Below, one piece after another: positions 29,828 to 38,217 of a stretch of DNA of 64,000 nucleotides. The position numbers were made by a program, and so were the translations under genes. Position 1 is the first letter of the stretch. Every line of letters starts with the position of its first letter. A model generated the notes under the pieces. It made no database searches. It was not told the origin of the DNA and worked only from the letters and a program-made list of their open reading frames with translations. The DNA is from Candidatus Hodarchaeota archaeon (lineage in GTDB: Archaea > Asgardarchaeota > Heimdallarchaeia > Hodarchaeales > Hodarchaeaceae), in assembly GCA_016840035.1 (NCBI GenBank), contig JAEOTC010000154.1:1-64000 (forward strand), in the 5' to 3' direction.

Positions 29828-30382
29828 TTAAAGGATAGGCTTCAATTTGTGACTGAAATTCTGATGAACCTTTGATATTTTGGGTGAGATTACAAATGAG
29901 CAATATGATTGAGTGGGATTCTTCTCATAATAATTCTGATGATACTCTTCAGCAATATAATATTCTTCAAATGGAGAAATTTCAGTTACAATTGGATTCT
30001 TCCATATCTTCTCTTGTTCTAAGCGTTTAATTGCATAAAGGGCACTTTCTTCTTGTTCTTCAGAATGACAGAAAATGACTGATCGATACTGCGAACCGAC
30101 ATCTGCCCCCTGCCTATTCAATTGTGTAGGATCATGAATAGCAAAGAAGATTTCTAAAAGCTCATCAAAAGAGATTACACTAGGGTCAAATGTGATTTGC
30201 ACAACTTCAGCATGGCCGGTGATTCCTGAGCAAACTTGTTCGTATGAAGGGTTTTTAATCTTTCCACCAGAATAACCAGATGTGACCTTTGAAATACCTT
30301 CAATATAATTAAATACTGCGTCTAAACACCAGAAACAACCTCCTCCTAAAGTAGCAATAGAATGAGTCTTACTTTTTGTCAT
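29828..30382 (-). CDS. msrA: Methionine-S-sulfoxide reductase
   Basis: GGGCFWC, GHAEVV, HDPT..RQGADVGSQYRS, AEEYHQNY. Confidence 0.96.
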   Translation of the reverse strand: MTKSKTHSIATLGGGCFWCLDAVFNYIEGISKVTSGYSGGKIKNPSYEQVCSGITGHAEVVQITFDPSVISFDELLEIFFAIHDPTQLNRQGADVGSQYRSVIFCHSEEQEESALYAIKRLEQEKIWKNPIVTEISPFEEYYIAEEYHQNYYEKNPTQSYCSFVISPKISKVHQNFSHKLKPIL

Positions 30383-30549
30383 AAATATCAATTCCTCTTT
30401 GATCCTTTATCTAAGAAGTCTATTGATGTCGATTAAGGTTTTCTATATTTGAAATCGTAATTTCTTCTAAGGGAGCTCAGGAGGAAATTCACAATTTTCT
30501 CTAAAAATGTATTTAGAGTGGACTAAGTATAAGTAGGAGTCAATAGAGG

Positions 30550-31599
30550 ATGACTCTTATGCGAGAAAAGACAATCCTAGAACTTTATGAAGCCATGTAC
30601 ACAAGTCGATACTTAGAAAAAATAGTCACACAGCTTTGGGAGAAGGGAAATATTTATGGAGAAATGCATCTAGGAATTGGAGAAGAAGCAATTATTGCAG
30701 GAGTTCTATCTCACCTAATTCCTGGTGATGCAATTTCTACTGATCATAGGAGCACACCACCATTTGTGATGAGAGGGGTTGACATTGAGTCACTATTATT
30801 GGAATTCCTAGGTCATCCAAAGGGATTATGTTCGGGATTGGGAGGGCATATGCACTTATTCTGTAAAGAACTATTACTTACCTCCTCAGGAATTGTTGGT
30901 TCTTCAGGTCCTTCGGCTGTTGGTTTTGCGCTAGCTACAAAATATCAAAAAACGAAAAATATTGCGGTAGCTTTCTTTGGTGAGGGGAGTATGAATCAAG
31001 GAATGCTCCTTGAATCTCTAAATCTCGCTTCATCACTCAACTTACCAGTCTTATTTATCTGTAAAGATAATAACTGGGCGATTACTACCCGATCCAACGA
31101 GGTTACTGGAGGGGTCTTATTAGATCGAGTGAGAGGATTTGGAATCGAAGCTCGTGAAGTCGATGGATCGGATTGTATGGCCGTATGGCAAGCTGTTGAA
31201 ACTGCCATTCCGAGATTAAGAAAAAGAAATCCAGCTCCCTATTTTATACAAGCTAGTTGTACGCATAACGAAGGACATTTTTTGGGAGACCCATTATTAC
31301 GGTTCCACCGATCCCCCAAGAAGGAATTGGGTGCAGTAACAGGTCCTTTAACTAAATCAGTACTCCATTACAAAGGGGGTCGATTAGATAAGAGAATCAG
31401 TAGTGTGTCCAATGTACTCGCTCTGATTGCTAAGGCAAGAGCACAATTAAGTTTTTCCAATGATCCAATCAGACGTTTAGAGAAGACTCAAACCCACCTC
31501 AAGGACCAATTCGCGCAGATTAAGCTTAAAGTGGAAAAGAAGATTAATTCTATTTCAGAACGGGTTCTAAACCTTGTTCAGGAGGAGGCTTCATTATGA
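30550..31599 (+). CDS. TPP-dependent dehydrogenase E1 alpha (AcoA/PdhA-like)
   Basis: HLGIGEEA, GLGGHMH, FFGEGSMNQG...DNNWAI. Confidence 0.88.
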   Translation: MTLMREKTILELYEAMYTSRYLEKIVTQLWEKGNIYGEMHLGIGEEAIIAGVLSHLIPGDAISTDHRSTPPFVMRGVDIESLLLEFLGHPKGLCSGLGGHMHLFCKELLLTSSGIVGSSGPSAVGFALATKYQKTKNIAVAFFGEGSMNQGMLLESLNLASSLNLPVLFICKDNNWAITTRSNEVTGGVLLDRVRGFGIEAREVDGSDCMAVWQAVETAIPRLRKRNPAPYFIQASCTHNEGHFLGDPLLRFHRSPKKELGAVTGPLTKSVLHYKGGRLDKRISSVSNVLALIAKARAQLSFSNDPIRRLEKTQTHLKDQFAQIKLKVEKKINSISERVLNLVQEEASL

Positions 31600-32609
31600 G
31601 AAAGATGGAATTTGCCGAAGCGATTGAAAGTGCTTTGAAGCATGCCATGACCAACGATCCAGACATCTTTCTAATGGGAGAGGATGTCCATACATTACGA
31701 ATAAATCTCTTAGCTCAGTTTGGAAAAGAAAGAGTAATTTCTACCTCTATCAGCGAAAGTGCATTTCTTGGAGCAGGGGTCACAGCCGCAATGGCAGGTC
31801 TTCGACCGATTATTGAAATTATGCTGATCGATTTTATTGGCGTAGCAATAGATGCATTACTTAATCACGCTTCTAAAATTCTTACTTTTTCAGGTGGCAA
31901 GTGGAATGTCCCATTAGTCGTAAGAACAAGCTGTGGAGGAGGGTATGGCGATGGAGGACAGCATGAACAGTCTTTATGGGGATGGCTAGCCCATATTCCA
32001 GGATTACATGTTGTGGTTCCTTCAAATCCTAGCGATGCAGGCCAGTTATTGCTTTCTGCAATTGAATCAGACCATCCCGTAATTTATCTTGAACACAAAT
32101 TACTAGCTGACTATTGGTTAGATTATATGGGAACTGGCGGTCGAGAAAATGTTTCTTTTGATGTACCCGAAAAAGGAGCCATTGGAGAAGTCCCTGAGAA
32201 ATGGGAATCATTACCAATAGGCAAAGCTAACATTCTTCGTGAGGGGGATGATATTACCTTAATTAGTCTTGGGGTTTCTGTCCATAGATGTCTTGAAGCT
32301 GCAAATATTTTATCTGAGGATGAAATTTCGGTTGAAGTTCTTGATCTACGCTGGGTTTCTCCGCTTGATAAGGAAGCGATAATTACCTCCGTATCAAAAA
32401 CCAAACGAGTAATCGTAGTTGACGAAGATTACATGCGATTTGGACTATCAGGAGAAATTGCTGCCATTCTTGCAGAAGAAAATATCTCACCTATCCAGTT
32501 TGGTAGGGTTTGCACAGAACACACAATTCCATTTAACCGGCATTTGGAGGACAATGTTCTCCCAAATGTAAATCGTATCCTTGCCCTTGCGAGAAAATTT
32601 AAAAGTTAG
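31596..32609 (+). CDS. TPP-dependent dehydrogenase E1 beta (AcoB/PdhB-like)
   Basis: MGEDV, ISESAF, GQHEQ, IYLEHK, VLDLRWVSPLD; ATGA overlap with alpha. Confidence 0.9.
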   Translation: MRKMEFAEAIESALKHAMTNDPDIFLMGEDVHTLRINLLAQFGKERVISTSISESAFLGAGVTAAMAGLRPIIEIMLIDFIGVAIDALLNHASKILTFSGGKWNVPLVVRTSCGGGYGDGGQHEQSLWGWLAHIPGLHVVVPSNPSDAGQLLLSAIESDHPVIYLEHKLLADYWLDYMGTGGRENVSFDVPEKGAIGEVPEKWESLPIGKANILREGDDITLISLGVSVHRCLEAANILSEDEISVEVLDLRWVSPLDKEAIITSVSKTKRVIVVDEDYMRFGLSGEIAAILAEENISPIQFGRVCTEHTIPFNRHLEDNVLPNVNRILALARKFKS

Positions 32610-32646
32610 AAAACAGACCTCCTAGGCATAAATGTCATGAATAGTA

Positions 32647-33297
32647 GTGATTCCAATGGAAAATACTTCATACTCAATCTATAATCCAATTAAATGGCCT
32701 TTAATATGTATAGCAGGAGTATTAGCAATTATCCAATACCTTATCTTTAGCTATCTCGCGTTTCTTGCTTTTCCAGAGAGTTTTGATCCGTTTAATAATT
32801 ACTTGAGTCAATTAGGAAATAGTGTAAGAAATCCCGAGGGGGCAATTTTTTATTTTCTTGCGATAATCTTCTCAGGAATCCTTACTGTATTTTTCTATAG
32901 TGGATTCTACTATTATTACTCAAAGAAAAAAATGAATCGAACGTTACAAGTAATCCTGATCTTGGGAATATTGAACGGTATTGCTATTTTTTTAAGTGGA
33001 GTATTTTCAGAATCAGTAAATAACGATCTACACTATATATCCTCCTTTCTGATATTTGTAACCCTCCTTCCATTAGTAATACTGATGAATATTTACATTT
33101 GGAGTGTACAGAATGAACCGAAGATCACAATAGGATTAGGTTTGTTAATCATCATTATAGATTTAATTTTCATAGCAATAGTGATTATAGGAGGAGATTT
33201 ATTTGAAAACGGAGCGATTTGGGAATGGTTATCTTTAGGTAGCTACTTTATCTGGATGTTATCCCTAATTTCCAATATCCTACGAGAGATTGAATAG
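32647..33297 (+). CDS. Membrane protein, DUF998-like
   Basis: About five TM segments; NYLSQLGN, GVFSE, LHYISS, WEW. Confidence 0.6.
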   Translation: MIPMENTSYSIYNPIKWPLICIAGVLAIIQYLIFSYLAFLAFPESFDPFNNYLSQLGNSVRNPEGAIFYFLAIIFSGILTVFFYSGFYYYYSKKKMNRTLQVILILGILNGIAIFLSGVFSESVNNDLHYISSFLIFVTLLPLVILMNIYIWSVQNEPKITIGLGLLIIIIDLIFIAIVIIGGDLFENGAIWEWLSLGSYFIWMLSLISNILREIE

Positions 33298-33404
33298 AGT
33301 CATTTAGACTTTCTAAATCTCGAAAACTGATTCCAAAGTAAATCCATTTTTTTAAATAGGAAGAAGATATCGGATTATTTAATAAAACATAGAAGTGATT
33401 GAAC

Positions 33405-33614
33405 ATGGAACCTATCGATTACGAAGCAGAATATGAAGAGATTAAGCGTGTTCTAAAAGAGCATGGAGGGGAATTGGATTATCGAACCTTAAATGAAATC
33501 TTGGCTGATAAATTTGAAGGAATTCGGCTACGACTCAAAACCATGAAGGAAAAAGGATTAGTAGAGTTTGAGGGTGTGGTCCCTTCATTTGATTCTCAAA
33601 TACGATTAATCTAG
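33405..33614 (+). CDS. Small hypothetical protein, possibly winged-helix
   Basis: 69 aa, helical pattern ending LKTMKEKGLVEFEG. Confidence 0.55.
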   Translation: MEPIDYEAEYEEIKRVLKEHGGELDYRTLNEILADKFEGIRLRLKTMKEKGLVEFEGVVPSFDSQIRLI

Positions 33615-33622
33615 TGTTCAAT

Positions 33623-34651
33623 TTAGATTTCTGGTTCTTCAGATATTTTCACAATAAGTTTTCCTTTGTTTGATCCGTCAAATAACTTATTAAGAGATTT
33701 CGGTGCGTTTTCCAATCCTTTTACGATTTCTTCTCGGTAAATTAGTTTCTTGGATGTATACCAGAGATGTAAATCCTTGAATGCTTCGTCCATTCTCTTA
33801 AAGTAATCAGTTACAATGAATCCCGAAACGGTAGCTCGTTTGACTAAAATATTAGCAAAATTGTAAGGACCCGCAATTCTTTCTGTTGCATTATATTGAG
33901 AAATTAATCCACAGATTACCACACGAGAATGAAGATTCAAATTTCCAAGAGCTGCATCCAATATTTTTCCTCCCACATTCGCAAAATAAATGTCTATACC
34001 ATCAGGTGCTAGTTCCTTTAAACGATTGAAAACAGATTCTGTCTTATAATTGATAGCTGCATCAAATCCTAATTCCTGTGTTAACCAATCACATTTATCA
34101 TTAGTACCTGCAATTCCGATCACCCGACAGCCTTTGATTTTTCCAATTTGACCAACCAAGGAACCCACTGCCCCTGCAGCTGCCGATACGACAAGAGTGT
34201 CATCTTCTTTAGGCTTACCAATATCTAATAGACCAAAATAAGCAGTTAATCCAATCATTCCAAATAAATTAAGAAAATTAGGTAGAGGAACACCAGGAAA
34301 TGAAGGAAGAATATTCATCCAACCTGAACCATCACTAATGAAATAGTCTTGCCAACCAAGCAACCCTGTAACCATAATCCCTTCCTTAAACCGTGGATTC
34401 TTGCTTTTTATAACTACCCCAATTCCAATCCCTCTCATCACACCTCCTATCTTTACTGGTGGTACATAAGTTTCAACAGGATTCATCCAACCTCTATTGG
34501 TTGGATCAAGAGATAAATAGATATTCTTAACAAGAAATTCTCCTGATTGTAACTCAGGAATGTCGGTTTCAGCCAGTTCAAAATCGGATTCCTTCGTTAA
34601 ACCTATTGGCCGTTGCTTCAAAAGCCACTGACGATTGATTTTAGCGGTCAT
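33623..34651 (-). CDS. NADP-dependent alkenal/prostaglandin reductase-like oxidoreductase
   Basis: YLSLDP..RGWM, GLTAYFGL, VSAAAGAVG, CGLISQYN, GSNKGKL. Confidence 0.92.
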   Translation of the reverse strand: MTAKINRQWLLKQRPIGLTKESDFELAETDIPELQSGEFLVKNIYLSLDPTNRGWMNPVETYVPPVKIGGVMRGIGIGVVIKSKNPRFKEGIMVTGLLGWQDYFISDGSGWMNILPSFPGVPLPNFLNLFGMIGLTAYFGLLDIGKPKEDDTLVVSAAAGAVGSLVGQIGKIKGCRVIGIAGTNDKCDWLTQELGFDAAINYKTESVFNRLKELAPDGIDIYFANVGGKILDAALGNLNLHSRVVICGLISQYNATERIAGPYNFANILVKRATVSGFIVTDYFKRMDEAFKDLHLWYTSKKLIYREEIVKGLENAPKSLNKLFDGSNKGKLIVKISEEPEI

Positions 34652-34854
34652 CTTTATTACTTCAATTAGATAGATATGAAGAGATTTCGAAGAATTATCT
34701 ATATCTATTCCTGAGATTTTCCCCTGAAAACCCCAGGGCTAGTATTGCCGTATAATTTGCTAGAATGTGGTGTGTGGGGTTCCTTTTCCCAGAAGTAAAG
34801 ATTAATAAATATACAAAATCTGTATTTAATTACGTAGTATTGGAGTGATATACA

Positions 34855-34959
34855 ATGCCTCGACCAGTTAAAAGAGTAGACACAGAATCAAAAGAAAAAG
34901 CAACGGAAGATGCAGAAAAGAATAAAGACACAGTTCCCATTTCGAAACATTATTCTTAA
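34855..34959 (+). CDS. Unannotated 34-aa peptide at the head of the JAB-E1-E2-E2 operon
   Basis: GGAGTGA RBS, then MPRPVKRVDTESKEKATEDAEKNKDTVPISKHYS*. Below the ORF-track size cutoff; 41 bp before the JAB gene. Confidence 0.7.
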   Translation: MPRPVKRVDTESKEKATEDAEKNKDTVPISKHYS

Positions 34960-35000
34960 CTTAGACTTTTATCTATTTTTAATCCACATAGGGGATTTAT

Positions 35001-35942
35001 TTGTTGTATTCGCATCAAGAGGAGTCCATTTTCATCCAAATTGATCAGAATACATATGATGAGATGATTAATGAAGGCCTTCTTTGGCCACAAATTGAAA
35101 CAGGTGGAATGCTATTCGGGAATATCATCGAAGAGGAACAGAATCTTGTCATCAAGATTCAAAGAACTTATATCCCTTCAAGTGAAGATTGCATACGTGA
35201 AGCTGCGTATTTTGAAATAGAACCTGAATTTGCAAAAATGATTCTCTCTCAGGAGAGTCTTAAGTATTTGGGCAACTGGCACAAACATCCTGGATATGGG
35301 GGGCCTTCTCAAGGTGATCGAAGGCAAATTCAAGATTTTTTTGGGAATAATCCCCATCTAGATTTTGTTTTAACATTTATCCTTAACTTCCATTCCGATG
35401 CTTTTATTGAACCTATAATTGAGACATATTTTCGGACAGATGAGAATCTAAACTCGGGCCATTCATTTCTAACTCGCTATATCCCTCAAAGCAATCTCAT
35501 ATTCATTCCTTCACAATTAGATGAGCCTAAACCAATAATCCAAACCAGTGGTATTCCAAATGCATTAATATCTCGAATAAAACAAGAACTTGTAAATCTT
35601 TTTGATCATCTTTCTTCCATTGAAGAAATCCAAGAATTTCCTGGGCAAACTCCCGATGAGAAAGTTATTTCCTTTCCCTATACGGTTTTAATTCAGCAAG
35701 AAAAAGTAAACATTTTAATACTGATCTCATTTCCTCCTGAATTTCCTAAAGGAAAAATATATTTTGATATCTCCTCAGAGGATATGTCTAAAGACATTAC
35801 ATTTAAGACTCATCCAGCAGAGACGTTAACCGATCTAGAACTTGTGAGTCCATTCTTAGAAGTGCTTAAATCTGATATCGAGCATGATATCCCAGTGCTA
35901 TTGGAAAAACCTCTCTGGAGAGTTATGCGAGAGAAACTGTGA
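35001..35942 (+). CDS. JAB/MPN+ (JAMM) metalloprotease with C-terminal E2/RWD-like domain
   Basis: IETGGMLFG...WHKHPGYGGPSQGD; C-terminal RIKQELVNL...ISFPPEFPKG. Confidence 0.85.
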   Translation: MLYSHQEESIFIQIDQNTYDEMINEGLLWPQIETGGMLFGNIIEEEQNLVIKIQRTYIPSSEDCIREAAYFEIEPEFAKMILSQESLKYLGNWHKHPGYGGPSQGDRRQIQDFFGNNPHLDFVLTFILNFHSDAFIEPIIETYFRTDENLNSGHSFLTRYIPQSNLIFIPSQLDEPKPIIQTSGIPNALISRIKQELVNLFDHLSSIEEIQEFPGQTPDEKVISFPYTVLIQQEKVNILILISFPPEFPKGKIYFDISSEDMSKDITFKTHPAETLTDLELVSPFLEVLKSDIEHDIPVLLEKPLWRVMREKL

Positions 35943-37189
35943 ATAAAATGAAATTCTTACTTTACCCAGAACTGGAGACTGAATTAGCTAATCTTCCGCT
36001 CAAGGAAAAGATTTTTCCATTATTTGGAAGAGTTTTTGATGATTTTACCGTATTTCACTTTGTTAGTATAACATCTGATATGAAATCTCTTCGACAAATT
36101 GGATATATCTCGAATAGGGAAACTATTACTGATTTTACACTTGATTTTCCATTCATTCACCTGATAGTTGATACAAAACGTCTTGAAGTTACGAAGATTG
36201 CCATCCATAAGAGTCAAGATGATATTGAAATTATAAGAGAATTTGATATTGAAAAAGTAGATTTAAACAGATTATTTGTTCGAGTTGATAAAGCAGAAAC
36301 TCCATTAAATTTACTTCAAACAAAAACTGTAGCTATTATCGGTATGGGGTCGGGTGGTTCTTTACTCGCTTTATATCTTGCGAAAACGGGAGTTAAGAAA
36401 TTTATCCTCATCGATGATGATCGTCTTGAGGTTCACAATATCATTCGCCATATCTCTGACCTTTCACACCTCGGGAGATTTAAGACTAAGGTAGTGGAAG
36501 AATATATTGGTGCAAGAATACCAGATATTGAAATTCAAACCCTAGAACAAAAATTCGTGATACATACTCGAAAAGATGCAGAGTTTTTTTTGAATTTACT
36601 CTCCGATGTGAATCTGCTAATTGCGGTTTCAGGAGAACACGATGTTAATTTTGCTATAAATGATTTTGTACACATTAATAACTTAACCTTACCAGTTATT
36701 TATGCTGGTACATTTGATGGGGTGAAAGGGGGCTTAATGTTTAAAGTGGATCCACGGAAAGATGATATCTGCTATCATTGTGTATATGCCGATTCTTTTG
36801 CTTATCCCTTGACAGACAAAGAGTTAAAAAGCGATATTCCGACAACTACTGAGTTAGAAAAGAAAATTGTTTACGACCGAACCATGCAGGAACAATTAGC
36901 ACAACCAGGATTGGGATTAGATATTGATAATTTGACGATTTTTCTTTCGAAATTCTGCATAGCTACTCTATTAGACGGACAAGAACACGGTTTATACCGT
37001 TTTCCTTTTAATTTTTATCTCTGGTATAATAGAAACGTATTCCAACCGGATTCAGATGAAATTAAGTTTGAAGGCCTTGAACTTCTCTATTATGAGGACT
37101 TAGAGAAAAATGCTGAATGCCCCTTCCATGGAGAGCAGGTTAAAGCAACTTTGAAGGACAGTGATGAAGGGAACTCCCCCTCATTATAG
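35939..37189 (+). CDS. ThiF/MoeB/E1-family adenylyltransferase
   Basis: IIGMGSGG, IDDDRLEVHNIIRH, GRFKT, CYHC...CPFH; GTGA overlap with the JAB gene. Confidence 0.9.
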   Translation: MNKMKFLLYPELETELANLPLKEKIFPLFGRVFDDFTVFHFVSITSDMKSLRQIGYISNRETITDFTLDFPFIHLIVDTKRLEVTKIAIHKSQDDIEIIREFDIEKVDLNRLFVRVDKAETPLNLLQTKTVAIIGMGSGGSLLALYLAKTGVKKFILIDDDRLEVHNIIRHISDLSHLGRFKTKVVEEYIGARIPDIEIQTLEQKFVIHTRKDAEFFLNLLSDVNLLIAVSGEHDVNFAINDFVHINNLTLPVIYAGTFDGVKGGLMFKVDPRKDDICYHCVYADSFAYPLTDKELKSDIPTTTELEKKIVYDRTMQEQLAQPGLGLDIDNLTIFLSKFCIATLLDGQEHGLYRFPFNFYLWYNRNVFQPDSDEIKFEGLELLYYEDLEKNAECPFHGEQVKATLKDSDEGNSPSL

Positions 37190-37212
37190 TTTATAATTAA
37201 GGAGAAAGTTTC

Positions 37213-37647
37213 ATGTCACTTCGTGGGAATTTAATCGATAGGGAAATAGAAAAATTAAGCAAAATCTTTCCCGACATTCAAAAAAGAGACTTTCTACAAC
37301 TTAAGAATAAAAATAAGTGTGTTCAGGTTAGTTTTCTCACAACTGGGAAATATGCATGTGGGCATTTTGATGTTCTCATTGAGTTCCCATACAATTATCC
37401 AGTTGGTTCACCACTCGTCTGGGTTCAAAAACCCAAAATTCCTAAGAATACTCCACATGTATACGGGTGGGATAAAGAGGGACACGCAAGTATTTGTTAT
37501 CTCCGACCTAAGAAAGACTGGCGTTTAAACTATAGCTCATATGAAACGGCACTGATGGTAGAAATTTGGCTTAAAACTTATTGTAGATGGACTAAAACTA
37601 ATGTTTGGGATTGGCCAGAAGCAGGGGTACTTGATCATATATTTTGA
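37213..37647 (+). CDS. Prokaryotic E2/UBC-fold conjugating enzyme
   Basis: EFPYNYPVGSP, TPHVY, ICYL (Cys95), downstream W, W-rich C-terminus. Confidence 0.8.
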   Translation: MSLRGNLIDREIEKLSKIFPDIQKRDFLQLKNKNKCVQVSFLTTGKYACGHFDVLIEFPYNYPVGSPLVWVQKPKIPKNTPHVYGWDKEGHASICYLRPKKDWRLNYSSYETALMVEIWLKTYCRWTKTNVWDWPEAGVLDHIF

Positions 37648-37659
37648 GCTTAAAGATGG

Positions 37660-38073
37660 ATGAATTTAATGAGACGAACCGTCGAAAACGAATTACATGA
37701 ATTAAAGGGTGTATTTCCAGGTTTAACACGTAAGGATTTCTATTATTTAGACAATGGAAATATTGCGGTTCAAGTCAAGTATGCAACAACTGGACAGTAC
37801 GCCCACGGTACATTCACCGTGCTCATTGAATTTCCCCATAATTATCCGAACGCTCCTCCGCGAGCATGGATTATGGAACCAAATATTTCAAGTCGTACAC
37901 ACCACATATACGGTCGGGATGAATACGGACATACTGAAATCTGTTATCTTCGTCCTCAGAAAGACTGGCACTTCACATTTACCTCTTATGATGCTGCAAT
38001 CATGATTCAGACTTGGATTTGGGCTTATTGTCGATGGCGTAAGGTTGGTATTTGGGATTGGAAGGAAGCCTAG
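37660..38073 (+). CDS. Prokaryotic E2/UBC-fold conjugating enzyme (paralogue)
   Basis: EFPHNYPNAPP, THHIY, ICYL (Cys95); aligns without gaps to the upstream gene. Confidence 0.8.
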   Translation: MNLMRRTVENELHELKGVFPGLTRKDFYYLDNGNIAVQVKYATTGQYAHGTFTVLIEFPHNYPNAPPRAWIMEPNISSRTHHIYGRDEYGHTEICYLRPQKDWHFTFTSYDAAIMIQTWIWAYCRWRKVGIWDWKEA

Positions 38074-38217
38074 CTTATCATATACTGAGATTAGTATTCT
38101 TGATAGATAAATGACCTTTTGGTTTCATCTACCAAATTATTCTGCTATTTAAGTAAAAATAGAATTAAGGAAGTTTAAAATAACTAAGGGCATATTTTTA
38201 TTTCCTGAGGATTGCTG

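Noticed and set aside
34730-34780. Possible RNA stem (ACCCCA...TGGGGT) upstream of the peptide gene
   Set aside because: Pairing is short and imperfect; unsupported without covariation data.
34855-38073. Calling the operon CBASS, or a ThiF/MoeB cofactor-biosynthesis locus
   Set aside because: No CD-NTase, effector, ThiS/MoaD or cofactor-pathway gene is adjacent, and cofactor pathways do not use E2s.
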